Counted from the first letter of the stretch, positions 41,030-51,450 are shown. The stretch is DNA of 64,000 nucleotides from Candidatus Thorarchaeota archaeon (GCA_048884965.1 JBHLQH010000008.1:64197-128196); one strand, 5' to 3'. The notes: generated by a model from the sequence alone, not told the origin. Numbers and translations: made by a program.

Positions 41030-41587
41030 TTAACCACCACTCAATTCAGCCAAGAGTTTCTGAAAGTCTTCCCGCATAACTTCCTTTGTTTCGGGGAATC
41101 TAAGAGCCGCAGCTGGATGATAGGTCATGAAGTAGGTCCGCCCCTTTGCTTCGTAGAACTTACCATGTGCCTCATTAAGCCGCCAGGGACCAATCACTGA
41201 TGAAATGGCGACGCCACCTAGGAGCACAATCACTCGTGGGTCTATAACCTCAATCTGTCTGTCAAGGTACCCGATACATGCATCCACCTCGTCCTTTCGG
41301 GGAGTTCTATTGTTGGGTGGCCGCGACTTAAGGACTGACGTGATGAAGACCTCATGCTCAGATAGGCCAATCTCCCGAATCAGTTCTCGAAGTATCTCTC
41401 CGGACCTTCCGACAAATGGGCGCCCTGTCTTGTCCTCTTGCGCTCCGGGCGCCTCACCAACGAACATGATCTTGGCATCTGCGGATCCCTCTCCTGGGAC
41501 TGGATTGATTCGTGAAGCATGTAAGGGACAGTTGGTGCATGATGCTATCTCAGAGTGTATCACTTGGAGTGCCTTTTCTCGAGTCAT
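41030..41587 (-). CDS. udg: family 4 uracil-DNA glycosylase
   Basis: CxxC, GEAPG..ED..GRPFVGRSG, RPP.NR.P, YHPAAAL. Confidence 0.93.
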   Translation of the reverse strand: MTREKALQVIHSEIASCTNCPLHASRINPVPGEGSADAKIMFVGEAPGAQEDKTGRPFVGRSGEILRELIREIGLSEHEVFITSVLKSRPPNNRTPRKDEVDACIGYLDRQIEVIDPRVIVLLGGVAISSVIGPWRLNEAHGKFYEAKGRTYFMTYHPAAALRFPETKEVMREDFQKLLAELSGG

Positions 41588-41640
41588 TTCACATTATGGT
41601 GGTCATCCTAAGATAAAAACCACATTGATTTGGGTAGCAT

Positions 41641-43443
41641 CTACATGCTCGGAGAAACTATGCCACTCTCATGCAGTTCCTTATAGAGCGATTCGAACTC
41701 TTTCCCGATCTTGGACTCGATTGCATCCATCGCTGTTTGATAGCTATCCCATGGCGCAATCTTCATCCTTGCGATGTTATCGAGGACACTGAACTCAAGG
41801 ATTCTCCGCACGCTAACACCCAAACTGACTGCTTCAGCCATCTTACGTGAGAAGTGAATGATGATTCGGAGCATTCGGTAGGTCTTTCCCACTGGAGAGT
41901 AGGTGTCTATCTCATGAATGGCGCTCTGGGTCAGAAAGTCCTCCTTGATCATTCGGGCTGCTTCCAATGTAGCTCTCTCTGCCTCAGGTAGCGCATCAGG
42001 TCCTACTAGCTGGACAATCTCACGAAGCTCTTGATCCTTCTGCAGCAATGCCATAGACTCCTTGACAAGCTCAGGCCAGTCTTCACCAAGCTCAGTTCGA
42101 TGCCATTTCTCAAGAGTAGTATGATAGAGTGAGTAGCTCGTTAGGGCGTTGATGGCAGGGAAGAATCTTCGCGCTGCAAGGTCCTTGTCAAGAGCCCAAA
42201 ATACCTTAACGATACGGAGTGTTGCTTGCGTCACAGGCTCTGAAAAGTCACCACCAGGAGGTGACACTGCACCACAAATGGTGATTGAGCCGGTCCGATC
42301 TTCTGCTCCTAAGGTCTTGACACGGCCGCCTCGCTCATAGAACTGTGCAAGTCGCGATCCTAGGTATGCGGGATATCCTTCCTCTGAGGGTAGCTGTCCA
42401 AGACGACCAGAGATCTCTCTGAGAGCCTCAGCCCATCGGGAAGTCGAATCGGCCATGAGGGCAACATCGAAGCCCTGATCTCTGAAGTACTCTGCGAGGG
42501 TCACAGCTACATAGATCGATGCTTCACGTGCAGCCACTGGCATGTTCGAGGTGTTTGCGATAAGGACGGTTCGTTCCATCAGGGGCCTACCACTTTGTGG
42601 GTCGTTCAGATGGGGCCACTCCTCAAGAGCCTCAGTCATCTCATTTCCGCGCTCTCCGCAACCGACATATACGACGACTTGAGCGTCAGCCCACTTTGCG
42701 AATTGATGCAGGGTGACCGTCTTCCCAGTACCGAATCCACCAGGGATTGCACCTGTCCCTCCCTTTGCTTGGGGCATGAAAGTGTCAATCACTCTCTGTC
42801 CTGTTATAAGGGGGATTGCGAGAGGAACACGATCCTTGAAGGGGCGACCTACTCGTACTGGAGTCCTCTGAAGCATAACTACTTCATGAAAGTCCCCGTG
42901 CTCGTCCTTCACCTTACAGATGGTTTCGACAATGGTGAACTCGCCCTTTGATACGATCTCAACGATTTCACCCTTAACGCCACGAGGAATCAGTATCTTT
43001 GAAGTGATAATACCTGTTTCAGGAACCTCACCAATGATATCTCCAGGTTCCACCGTATCTCCAACCTTCGCAGTGGGGTTGAATTCCCATTTCTTCTCCC
43101 TATCAAGACCTTCGATACTTAGTCCGCGGCTAATGAAGTCACCTGACAGCTTCTGCAATCCGGGTAATGGACGCTGGATTCCATCATAGATAGATCCCAA
43201 GAGACCAGGGCCAAGCTCAACAGACAGAGCGTCACCAGTGGCGACCACAGGCTCTCCAGGAGCTAATCCAGATGTTTCCTCGTACACTTGAGCGGTGAAT
43301 TCTTCATCACCAACCTCAATGACTTCTCCAATCAAATGCTCATTTCCAACTCTGACGACTTCATACATTCGTACTGAAGGAAGGCCTGAGCAACGTACTA
43401 CAGGGCCAGCGATGCTCTCAATCTTTCCAATTATTTCAGTCAT
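41641..43443 (-). CDS. atpA: A/V-type ATP synthase subunit A
   Basis: P-loop GGFGTGKT, GCGERGNEM, DSTSRWAEALRE; no intein; start refined to ATG 43443. Confidence 0.97.
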   Translation of the reverse strand: MTEIIGKIESIAGPVVRCSGLPSVRMYEVVRVGNEHLIGEVIEVGDEEFTAQVYEETSGLAPGEPVVATGDALSVELGPGLLGSIYDGIQRPLPGLQKLSGDFISRGLSIEGLDREKKWEFNPTAKVGDTVEPGDIIGEVPETGIITSKILIPRGVKGEIVEIVSKGEFTIVETICKVKDEHGDFHEVVMLQRTPVRVGRPFKDRVPLAIPLITGQRVIDTFMPQAKGGTGAIPGGFGTGKTVTLHQFAKWADAQVVVYVGCGERGNEMTEALEEWPHLNDPQSGRPLMERTVLIANTSNMPVAAREASIYVAVTLAEYFRDQGFDVALMADSTSRWAEALREISGRLGQLPSEEGYPAYLGSRLAQFYERGGRVKTLGAEDRTGSITICGAVSPPGGDFSEPVTQATLRIVKVFWALDKDLAARRFFPAINALTSYSLYHTTLEKWHRTELGEDWPELVKESMALLQKDQELREIVQLVGPDALPEAERATLEAARMIKEDFLTQSAIHEIDTYSPVGKTYRMLRIIIHFSRKMAEAVSLGVSVRRILEFSVLDNIARMKIAPWDSYQTAMDAIESKIGKEFESLYKELHESGIVSPSM

Positions 43444-43471
43444 GATGGGATTCTCCTTCAACTGATATTGA

Positions 43472-43795
43472 CTACATATTTATCTCGATTCCAACTGCCC
43501 GACGTATTAGCTCTCTCAATACAGTTTCATATGCACCAGTAGAGCCGGTCCTATCAGGAATTAATAGAATCACAGGCACAGGAGCCTCCGAAAGCTCTAG
43601 GATGGTATCCTCTACCTGCATTGCAAGGGGCTCTGTGATTATTATCAAGCCCATTCGTGGGTCTCTAAAGTAGCCAAGTAATGATTTCCGAGTTTCTTGA
43701 GGGGTTTGAGGAACAGAGCTCTCTCGGACCCCGACCATACGGAAACCTGTGACCGTATCACGGTCGCCAATGATAGCTATCTTGTCACTGACCAT
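43472..43795 (-). CDS. atpF: A/V-type ATP synthase subunit F
   Basis: KIAIIGD.DTVTGFR..G, IP....IRRAVG. Confidence 0.93.
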   Translation of the reverse strand: MVSDKIAIIGDRDTVTGFRMVGVRESSVPQTPQETRKSLLGYFRDPRMGLIIITEPLAMQVEDTILELSEAPVPVILLIPDRTGSTGAYETVLRELIRRAVGIEINM

Positions 43796-43866
43796 TAGAT
43801 ACCACAGCACAGCAAGACCGTAAGACCAGTAAAAAACATTTGCAAACGGATTTTTGGATAATAGCT

Positions 43867-44358
43867 CTATTTAGTAAATTGCTCAATGATATCCGATTCC
43901 TCGATGTGAGTCCAGCAATAGGTGCATTTTAGCTTCATTGGCTGCTTCGAGAGGACCTCGTACTTGGGCTCGATTGGCTCTCGCTCCTTATTTGTGACAC
44001 ATCGTGTATTTGGACAGACGATCACATTGGTAATAGTAGAAGGAAGCTCGACTCTGGTCTTCTTCTCGACTTTCGAGTCACGAATCATGTTTATGGTGGC
44101 ATCTGGAGCGACCAGTGCTATCTTTGCAACCTCGCTCTCTGCTAAGAACCGGTCCTCAAGCTTGACTATGTCCTTTCGTTCGATTCGTGAACTGGCGATG
44201 TTCATCGCAAGGCTAACAATGGATCCCTCACGTCCCGTGATACCCAGAATCCTAAGAACATCAAGGGCATGTCCTGCATTAATATGGTCAATGACAGTTC
44301 CATCCTTGATCTTGACGATACGGATTTTTGTCTCTTTCTCTTCTGACAAAGTATTCAC
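43867..44358 (-). CDS. pyrI: aspartate carbamoyltransferase regulatory subunit
   Basis: IKDGTVIDHI, KDIVK, CPN.RC..N..EP..C.YC. Confidence 0.95.
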   Translation of the reverse strand: MNTLSEEKETKIRIVKIKDGTVIDHINAGHALDVLRILGITGREGSIVSLAMNIASSRIERKDIVKLEDRFLAESEVAKIALVAPDATINMIRDSKVEKKTRVELPSTITNVIVCPNTRCVTNKEREPIEPKYEVLSKQPMKLKCTYCWTHIEESDIIEQFTK

Positions 44359-44479
44359 CCACGGGATTTTGGACGGACATCAAATCGTTTTAGACCTTCC
44401 TCTGCGAGGATGGATAACCGGAAGCGAAGGTTGATATGTCCAAGGGTAACCCTCGAGGTTGAAAAGACGGTGAGAAGAA

Positions 44480-45826
44480 TTGGTCTTAGAGGGTCTCGGT
44501 AAATCACTAAACTCCGCACTCAAACGCCTCTTCGGTGCAAGCGTCATAGATGAGGAGCTTGTCAAAGAGCTTGTGAAGGACATCCAACGAGCGTTGCTGG
44601 TTGCAGACGTAGATGTCACTTTGGTTATGTCTATCACAGATAGAGTACAGGAGCAAGCCCTAGATGAGAACCTACCCCGAGGTGTTTCCCGTCGAGAGCA
44701 TATCATCAAAGTTGTATGGGATACATTGGCATACTTCCTCGGTGAGAAGGCAGTACCTCTTACCATCCATCCTGGAAAGCCCAATCTAGTGATGATGATA
44801 GGCATTCAGGGATCAGGAAAGACAACGACGATAGGTAAACTTGCACGGTACTATCAGAAGAGAGGTATCAAGACTGGGGTGATTTGCGCAGATAACTTCA
44901 GACCAGGTGCGTTCAGTCAGCTCAAGCAGCTGGCAGAGAGGTCCAATGTGCCATTCTATGGTGATGAAGGCGAGAAGGATGCTGTAAAGCTGGCTAAGAA
45001 CGGCTACAAGGATATGACCAAACGAAACGTGGAGCTAATCCTACTGGATACCTCTGGTCGGCACAGGGAGGAAACCGGGCTCATCAAGGAGATGAAGGAT
45101 ATCTCAAAGGCTGTAAAGCCCCAAGAGATCGTACTGGTCATCGATGGTACGCTTGGACAACAGGCTGGCGCGCAGGCGGCTGCTTTCAAGCAAGCCACAG
45201 AGATTGGGTCTATCATTGTCACAAAGTTGGACGGTAGTGCGAAAGGTGGTGGTGCTCTGTCAGCTGTAGCTGCAACAGGAGCGCCGATCAAGTTCATCGC
45301 GACTGGAGAAGGAATGGATGCCATCGAGCCATTCAACCCGACCAAGTTCGCAGGGCGTCTTCTGGGTATGTCAGATATCAGAGGATTAGTGGACAAGGTA
45401 AAGGAAGCCCAGATTGAGATTGACGAAGATGCTACCATGCGTATCATGAAAGGAAAATTCACGCTCACAGACATGATGGCACAATTGAAGCAGCTCAAGA
45501 AGATGGGACCTCTTGGGAAGGTCATGGAGATGCTGGGGCTTCAGTATAAGTTGCCCGAAGGAGTTGCCGAGGTTCAAGAGGAGAACCTGAAACGATTCGA
45601 GGTTATCATGAATTCCATGACCAAGGACGAACTCGATGAGCCAAAGCTGATCAAATCAGCTCGGATAAAGCGAATTGCAAGGGGCTCTGGGACATCAGAA
45701 AGAGATGTGAGAGACCTGCTCAAGCAGTATGAAACCATGAAGAAGATGATGAAGCAGATGGGCAAGTCTCGTCGTCGGGGTGGTAGAGGTGGTCTCCCAG
45801 ACATACCAGGTCTGCCAGGTATGTAA
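44480..45826 (+). CDS. srp54: signal recognition particle protein SRP54
   Basis: GIQGSGKTTT, DTSGRH, TKLDGSAKGGGALS, M domain RIARGSG. Confidence 0.97.
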   Translation: MVLEGLGKSLNSALKRLFGASVIDEELVKELVKDIQRALLVADVDVTLVMSITDRVQEQALDENLPRGVSRREHIIKVVWDTLAYFLGEKAVPLTIHPGKPNLVMMIGIQGSGKTTTIGKLARYYQKRGIKTGVICADNFRPGAFSQLKQLAERSNVPFYGDEGEKDAVKLAKNGYKDMTKRNVELILLDTSGRHREETGLIKEMKDISKAVKPQEIVLVIDGTLGQQAGAQAAAFKQATEIGSIIVTKLDGSAKGGGALSAVAATGAPIKFIATGEGMDAIEPFNPTKFAGRLLGMSDIRGLVDKVKEAQIEIDEDATMRIMKGKFTLTDMMAQLKQLKKMGPLGKVMEMLGLQYKLPEGVAEVQEENLKRFEVIMNSMTKDELDEPKLIKSARIKRIARGSGTSERDVRDLLKQYETMKKMMKQMGKSRRRGGRGGLPDIPGLPGM

Positions 45827-45840
45827 TCAGGTGTCTGGCG

Positions 45841-46392
45841 TTGAGTCGTACCTATCTTATACTATTCAATGACCTACCTATTGACAAGACTAGCGTGAAA
45901 CGAGGTGAGAATGCACCTCAAGTCGTGACGGCAGCAAGATCTGTGAATGTCGCACTCTTCCTGTCCAAGGACCTTCGACGTGATGTCACTATCTCATTGG
46001 GGATGGTGAAAGAATCTGAATGGAACATCATATCATTCCCAGGGGCTACTCTCAGACGGGTTTCCCCAGATGAGCGGTCTATCTCCTTTTTCTTGCTGAA
46101 GGCCTTCGAGGTCTTGGATAGAATGACGAAAGGAATGACGCGAACACTGGACAATGGAATTGTCATTCAGCGACTTGATCCTATTGAATATCTTCAACCC
46201 TGGGGAGAGAATATCTATCTGGCCAAGATGGAGGGACAAGACCCCATCAAATCTGACGAACCAGTAAATTCTATCTACATCTATGACATTGATGACAAGG
46301 TCAGTTTAGATGGGATTAAATGGCGTACGATATCCCGTCCCAAGACTCCTGAGCGGTTCATACTCGACATAAATGTGATATATGACCCCTGA
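45841..46392 (+). CDS. TrmY-like tRNA (pseudouridine54-N1) methyltransferase, divergent
   Basis: ALFLS.DLRRDV, LRRVSPDERS; located after srp54; SPOUT C-terminal motif degenerate. Confidence 0.65.
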   Translation: MSRTYLILFNDLPIDKTSVKRGENAPQVVTAARSVNVALFLSKDLRRDVTISLGMVKESEWNIISFPGATLRRVSPDERSISFFLLKAFEVLDRMTKGMTRTLDNGIVIQRLDPIEYLQPWGENIYLAKMEGQDPIKSDEPVNSIYIYDIDDKVSLDGIKWRTISRPKTPERFILDINVIYDP

Positions 46393-46460
46393 GAATAGCA
46401 CCTGAAGAAATCTTCATAATACCATCACAAATAGAAGAATCAACAAATTGGTGACCTCCT

Positions 46461-47639
46461 ATGCCTACCAATGTCACACCTGAATTCGATAAACAGCGGC
46501 AGATATACGAGGACACAGAAGATCTTGAACAACGAATCGTCGAGCTAGAGAAGCTTCTGTCCCTTGCACCTAGACACAAGGGTGCTGAACGGATGAGAGG
46601 GGACTATCGAAAGAAGCTGGCTCAACTCAAAGCTCAAGTAGAGCGCGAGCGTGAACAGTCTCGAGCGCGTCGAAGTGGTGCAGGCGCTGAGGAAGGCGTC
46701 ATCAGGAAAGAAGGTGCGGGGCAGATCTGTCTTGTCGGTGTGACGAATAGCGGAAAATCCACATTGATCAATGCGGTCACCAATGCTGAGCTTGACGTTG
46801 GGGACTATCCTTTCACTACTCCCATCCCAACTCCAGCAATGCTCGTGTTCGAGGATATCAATATTCAATTAGTAGAGATTCCGGGTGTATTCGATGGGAG
46901 CTATGATTCTGGCATAGGTAGACAGGCCCTTGGCGTAGCACGAAATACTGACTGTATCGCTCTTGTTGTGGACCTCTCTCAGGATATCGATATGCAGATG
47001 GAAATCATCATGAAGGAGCTCGATAGAGCAAGGATTCGGCTCAACAAGGAGAAGAGCGCTGTCAGGATAGAGCGTACCGGGTTGGGCGGACACATGATCT
47101 ATGGAGTCCAATTCTTCGAGGGAACAAAGGAGGATGTCATTGACTATCTCCAAGCCCGTAGAATCACGAACATCATCGTACGGTTCCAAAAGCCATCCAC
47201 GTTCGAACAACTCGTCGACGCGATGGATGCGAGTGTGGCCTATGTGCGTGCTCTTATCATAGCCACAAAGGGAGATGCAGCAGGTTCCAAAGAGCGATAT
47301 AAGGAACTTGAGAAGAAGTATAACGACAGGTTCGATATCATCCCCATCTCTGCAGTACGGAAGGAGAACCTTGATGGTATGAGCTGGGCCCTCTATGACC
47401 ATCTTGACATTCTCAGAGTATATACCAAGATACCTGGGAAGAAACGAGAGAACAGGCCGATCGTTCTTCCTGTAGGCTCAGTCGTTGAGGATGCTGCCGC
47501 AAAGGTGCATAAGGAACTCTTCGTTGAACGCTTCAAGTCAGCCACAATCATCAGAGAGAATGACAAGATAAAACGTCGACAGGTCGGACTCAACTACCCC
47601 CTTGATGAGGGTGATGTGCTGCAGCTCGCCCATAGATAA
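46461..47639 (+). CDS. DRG/OBG-family GTPase with TGS domain
   Basis: GVTNSGKS, YPFTT, TGS RVYTK.PG..HK. Confidence 0.9.
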   Translation: MPTNVTPEFDKQRQIYEDTEDLEQRIVELEKLLSLAPRHKGAERMRGDYRKKLAQLKAQVEREREQSRARRSGAGAEEGVIRKEGAGQICLVGVTNSGKSTLINAVTNAELDVGDYPFTTPIPTPAMLVFEDINIQLVEIPGVFDGSYDSGIGRQALGVARNTDCIALVVDLSQDIDMQMEIIMKELDRARIRLNKEKSAVRIERTGLGGHMIYGVQFFEGTKEDVIDYLQARRITNIIVRFQKPSTFEQLVDAMDASVAYVRALIIATKGDAAGSKERYKELEKKYNDRFDIIPISAVRKENLDGMSWALYDHLDILRVYTKIPGKKRENRPIVLPVGSVVEDAAAKVHKELFVERFKSATIIRENDKIKRRQVGLNYPLDEGDVLQLAHR

Positions 47640-47645
47640 GAGGGA

Positions 47646-48428
47646 ATGCATGTGGCTGAAGAGGAACCAGTAGATGGCTTTCCAAACCTTATTGTTGTAC
47701 TCGTGGACCCAGAGGAAACCGGTAATGTCGGGTTCACAGTTCGCGCCATGGCGAACTTTGGAGTTGATAGACTACGTATCGTCGGTGACGATATCAGAGA
47801 GGACCAATATGCACATATCTTCGCCGTGCGAGCAGTGGACATCTTGCAACGTGCGGAGGTCTTCGAGACCCTCGAAGAAGCCCTAGTAGATGTTGAGGCG
47901 GCATGGGGTGCCACCGCACGGAAAGGTAGCAATCACAGTGTCACACGAGCTACACCCCTTGTAAGCCAGCTACCGGACCCCACATCCATCCCTGCGACCG
48001 TCGCACTGGTATTCGGACGTGAGTCGGTCGGATTGACCAATGATGAGCTTGCTCTTTGTGACATAGCGTTCAATATCCCCACATCGAAGCAATATGGGAG
48101 TCTGAACCTTAGCCATGCTGTAGCCGTGACACTCTATGAGCTCTACAACAAGTACGCTGAAAGACCCGAGCGTCGACCTACGGATATCAGACCAGCCACA
48201 CGCGAAGAGCGTGAGCAGGCAGCATTCTTCTTTGATGAGCTCATCGACAAGACCACCATCAAGGACTTCCGGATACCCATCGCAAAGCAGGTGTTTCGAA
48301 ACCTACTCCATCGTGCTTTCATGACTGGAAGGGAGATCGCGACGCTCACCGGTACGATAAGGAAAATTGTGAAGATTGTTAGAGCGCAGGATGAGGGGTC
48401 CGAAGACCTTAATTCCACTTCAAGATAG
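47646..48428 (+). CDS. trmJ: tRNA (C/U32-2'-O)-methyltransferase TrmJ family
   Basis: VLV.P...GNVG..VRAMANFG, VFGRES.GLTNDEL, YGSLNLSHAV. Confidence 0.9.
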   Translation: MHVAEEEPVDGFPNLIVVLVDPEETGNVGFTVRAMANFGVDRLRIVGDDIREDQYAHIFAVRAVDILQRAEVFETLEEALVDVEAAWGATARKGSNHSVTRATPLVSQLPDPTSIPATVALVFGRESVGLTNDELALCDIAFNIPTSKQYGSLNLSHAVAVTLYELYNKYAERPERRPTDIRPATREEREQAAFFFDELIDKTTIKDFRIPIAKQVFRNLLHRAFMTGREIATLTGTIRKIVKIVRAQDEGSEDLNSTSR

Positions 48429-48457
48429 AATGCTGAAACTAGTTTTGACAAATGGGT

Positions 48458-48997
48458 CTAGACGCCGTATCCCATCTTTCGCTTGAGGTTGGGGTCTATC
48501 TTATCGAAGACTACCTTGCAGGGTGTTGGGAACTTTGGTGCAGCCTTCTCAAGTGCTTTCATACTTTGCTTGATGAAGGGTGGGTTGGTCCTGATCGTGA
48601 TGATAGCCTGATTCGTGTCAACCCTAGCTGCTGAGCCAATGACTTTGCCCCATGCTCGACGCATACCATCCTGTACACGGTCAGCCCCTGCGCCGGAGAT
48701 CATCTTATTCTCACGGAGATAGTGGTATGGCTTGACACGCACGCGGAGGTGGTAGTTCTTCCTGCCCACGAACTTGGTCATGTGTCTGTTAGAAGCAATA
48801 CGAGCCGCCTCTAGTGCCTGGTTGCGAATCTGACACCTCTCTAGACCAATCAGGGACATCTCTACCTCGAACTTTCCAGCTGTCTCGCCCATGTCAAAGC
48901 TGACTATTCTGCTCGCTGGCTGCCTGTGAATATAGCGTTTCCTCACAAACGGAGGACGATCTTGTTCTCGATAGCATTGTCCTGGACGTTTTCCCAT
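48458..48997 (-). CDS. rpl10e: 50S ribosomal protein uL16 (L10e)
   Basis: RPG.CYR, ALEAARI, RENKMISGAGADRVQDGMRRAWGK. Confidence 0.97.
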   Translation of the reverse strand: MGKRPGQCYREQDRPPFVRKRYIHRQPASRIVSFDMGETAGKFEVEMSLIGLERCQIRNQALEAARIASNRHMTKFVGRKNYHLRVRVKPYHYLRENKMISGAGADRVQDGMRRAWGKVIGSAARVDTNQAIITIRTNPPFIKQSMKALEKAAPKFPTPCKVVFDKIDPNLKRKMGYGV

Positions 48998-49106
48998 AAT
49001 GGTTCACCTGATTGAAATTTGGTCTAAAGCCTGAGCGGCTTAGTCAGAGTGAGCCTTGAGGGTTTGAATAAAAGGATTATGGCGTGTGCCTTTCGAACCA
49101 TGTACA

Positions 49107-50759
49107 CTAGGGTGCTGAGAATCTAACTCGCTCATGGTACTCAAGATTCTCTGGGTCAAAGTATGGTTTCGTCCACTTACTGTCCTTTCTGAGCTTGGTC
49201 TGACCTTGTTTCTTGACCAGCCACTTTCTCTTCTGGTTCCATCTGAATCGATAGTGGTCATAGAGTCGCATCATCTCACAGATGTATGTGTCTGCAACAG
49301 CTGTATTCCCTCGAATAACTAGCATATTCTCATCGTTGTCGTGCGAGCTCGCATTAGAGAAGTTGTTCGAGCCAACGATGACCCAAGGCTCATTCGTCGT
49401 GAAGTCACGAACAATCGTCTTGAGGTGGATGAAGAGATTCCCTTTCTGACCAGCTAATGACTCCTTCACCATCGACTCGAAACCCTTCTTCAAATAGGCA
49501 GCGGCAACGAACTCTCCTCGTCTGTGAATCCCCGTAATCTTACTTTCTGTGTTTTGAAGGCCATACCGAATGATCTCATCATCTTCCTCAGGTTTTAGTG
49601 CTTGAAGCACATCTGGATGCAATGCAAATGCAGTACAGAAGAGAACATCACTCTTTGCATCTTTGAGAATTTCAACTACCTTCTTTGTATCACCGAAGTT
49701 CTCGCGTGGACTGAATATTACCTGTGTTGCAGGATCATTGCCCTTTGCAGGAATTATATTCTCAGACTCGATATAGGAACGTGTTAGACTCAGATTGGAA
49801 CGACAGTCATCCCATAGCTTGTTGAAAAGGGCATGATATTGTTGGGCAAGAGGGGGATCTTCAACAATATGAACGACATTTGCTTGGCGATACACTCCGT
49901 TAAAGGTGAAATTCGCAGTGCCGGTCAAAACGCTTGTAGGGTTCCAAGCATGGTCCTCTGATTCTCTGTTACTTAGCACAATGAATTTCTGATGAAATAT
50001 CTCATTTGTAACGCGACCCCGCTTCACCTCTGCTGGGAGTGATTTGATGCACTTCTCATTCTCATGGGTCTGCTCATCATCCTTCTTATCGTGATAGAGT
50101 ATTCTTAGAGTCACGCCCCGCTCTAGGGCTTTCTTTAGCTCTTTAGCGACCCAGCTCAACTCGATCTCATATATCGCCACATCCAAAGCCCAGTTCTTAT
50201 CAACCGCTTTTTGGATGAAATCCTTGATTGTCACATCCATATTCCGCGCTAACCATAGCTGGGCAAGTTTCCTGAAGGTAGGATGAAGGTCTGTATCCTC
50301 AGGATTGATTCCTGCGAACTTCTTCTGGTATGCTTGGCTCGCAGCTGCTGCTCTGTTGAACACAACTTGATGTATTGTGCCTGTAAGAGATTCCGTCGTG
50401 ATAGCGACGTCTGGACCTTCGGTCATCGTGGGCGATTTGTAATCACCATGCAAGGCATACAGCTTGTAGATGTAATCCTTTCCCGGAGTAACCAGATAGT
50501 CAGACCATCTGAACTTCTGAAGAGGTGCCTTATTCGTTCCAATCGGAGTAAGCTTCTTCCCCTTTTGCTTTGGAAAACGGAGAAGACCTTGAATCCAGCG
50601 AGATACGGAAGCACCTTGTTTCGTCTGGTGTGTTCGCTTGATGGCGAATCCGAGGAAATCCTCACGAAGGCGTTCATCGATATCCATTGCAAGCAAGACA
50701 CCAGTAGCTCCAGCATAGACCTTGAGGGTTATCCCGTTAGCTTGACCTCTATTTCTCAT
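49107..50759 (-). CDS. phospholipase D superfamily protein (two HKD-type motifs)
   Basis: HQKFIVLS..TGTANFT and HLKTIVRD..VGSNNFS..NDENML; N-terminal P.QKFRWSDY domain. Confidence 0.85.
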   Translation of the reverse strand: MRNRGQANGITLKVYAGATGVLLAMDIDERLREDFLGFAIKRTHQTKQGASVSRWIQGLLRFPKQKGKKLTPIGTNKAPLQKFRWSDYLVTPGKDYIYKLYALHGDYKSPTMTEGPDVAITTESLTGTIHQVVFNRAAAASQAYQKKFAGINPEDTDLHPTFRKLAQLWLARNMDVTIKDFIQKAVDKNWALDVAIYEIELSWVAKELKKALERGVTLRILYHDKKDDEQTHENEKCIKSLPAEVKRGRVTNEIFHQKFIVLSNRESEDHAWNPTSVLTGTANFTFNGVYRQANVVHIVEDPPLAQQYHALFNKLWDDCRSNLSLTRSYIESENIIPAKGNDPATQVIFSPRENFGDTKKVVEILKDAKSDVLFCTAFALHPDVLQALKPEEDDEIIRYGLQNTESKITGIHRRGEFVAAAYLKKGFESMVKESLAGQKGNLFIHLKTIVRDFTTNEPWVIVGSNNFSNASSHDNDENMLVIRGNTAVADTYICEMMRLYDHYRFRWNQKRKWLVKKQGQTKLRKDSKWTKPYFDPENLEYHERVRFSAP

Positions 50760-50872
50760 TGTAATGATTGGCCCCTTTACACACGAATATTAGCTATAGA
50801 ATATAGCTACTAGTTAATAAATTGTATATCTAAGTCATTAACCATATCCGAAAGTTGGCAAGAGAGATAGGA

Positions 50873-51289
50873 CTATGGCGTGGGCCAAAGATATCTCAGG
50901 GTGAAGAACGATAGGAATAGACTTAGAGTAAGGATAGACATAAGGAAAGCATCCCGTTTCATATGTGGATCATTTGCATCTTGTCTCATATCATCTTGTA
51001 AAAAAGCCGAGAGAAACGGAAACCAAACAATAGATAGTGGAAATATCAGGAAATCGACACTTCTTGCATCAAGGTAAGGTTCACTAGCACCAAGAGCGAT
51101 GTGCATAGAAAAGATTGCAAAGAACACCGATGACATCGCAATGATAATTATGAGAAAATAGAAAGCAAACCTGATTCTCCACACAGATTGATTCTTCGGT
51201 TCCGGATATCTTTTCTTGAGCAGCAGGTATCCATGTATACCAATTAAGAAAAGAGCACTCATTAGAATCGATACTTCAGCAAAGCCCAC
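50873..51289 (-). CDS. small 4-TM membrane protein
   Basis: 138 aa, four hydrophobic segments; no recognised motif. Confidence 0.65.
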   Translation of the reverse strand: MGFAEVSILMSALFLIGIHGYLLLKKRYPEPKNQSVWRIRFAFYFLIIIIAMSSVFFAIFSMHIALGASEPYLDARSVDFLIFPLSIVWFPFLSAFLQDDMRQDANDPHMKRDAFLMSILTLSLFLSFFTLRYLWPTP

Positions 51290-51450
51290 TTTCTCATCAC
51301 ATGTTCCTTCAGAGAAAATAGTGAGAGAAATGGATTATGGCATTTGACTTTCGAATGAAACGCGAGAAGGGGAGATTATATTTTCACATTCGAGAGAATC
51401 TATGAGAGTAGTATGTTCACATTGAGGCTAGGAACTCGATTCCGTCCTCA

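Noticed and set aside
41205-41792. Long antisense ORFs (e.g. 41205-41792, 23600-24187, 45004-45525, 46869-47402, 50283-50813)
   Set aside because: They overlap well-supported genes on the opposite strand and have no recognisable motifs; shadow ORFs.
41641-43443. Inteins in AtpA, Cdc48, Top6 or Hef
   Set aside because: Lengths are normal and there are no intein splice motifs or LAGLIDADG blocks.
50763-50770. ATGATTGG upstream of the PLD gene as a fourth repeat copy
   Set aside because: Only 8-9 bp match copy 2 and the flanks do not align; compatible with chance.
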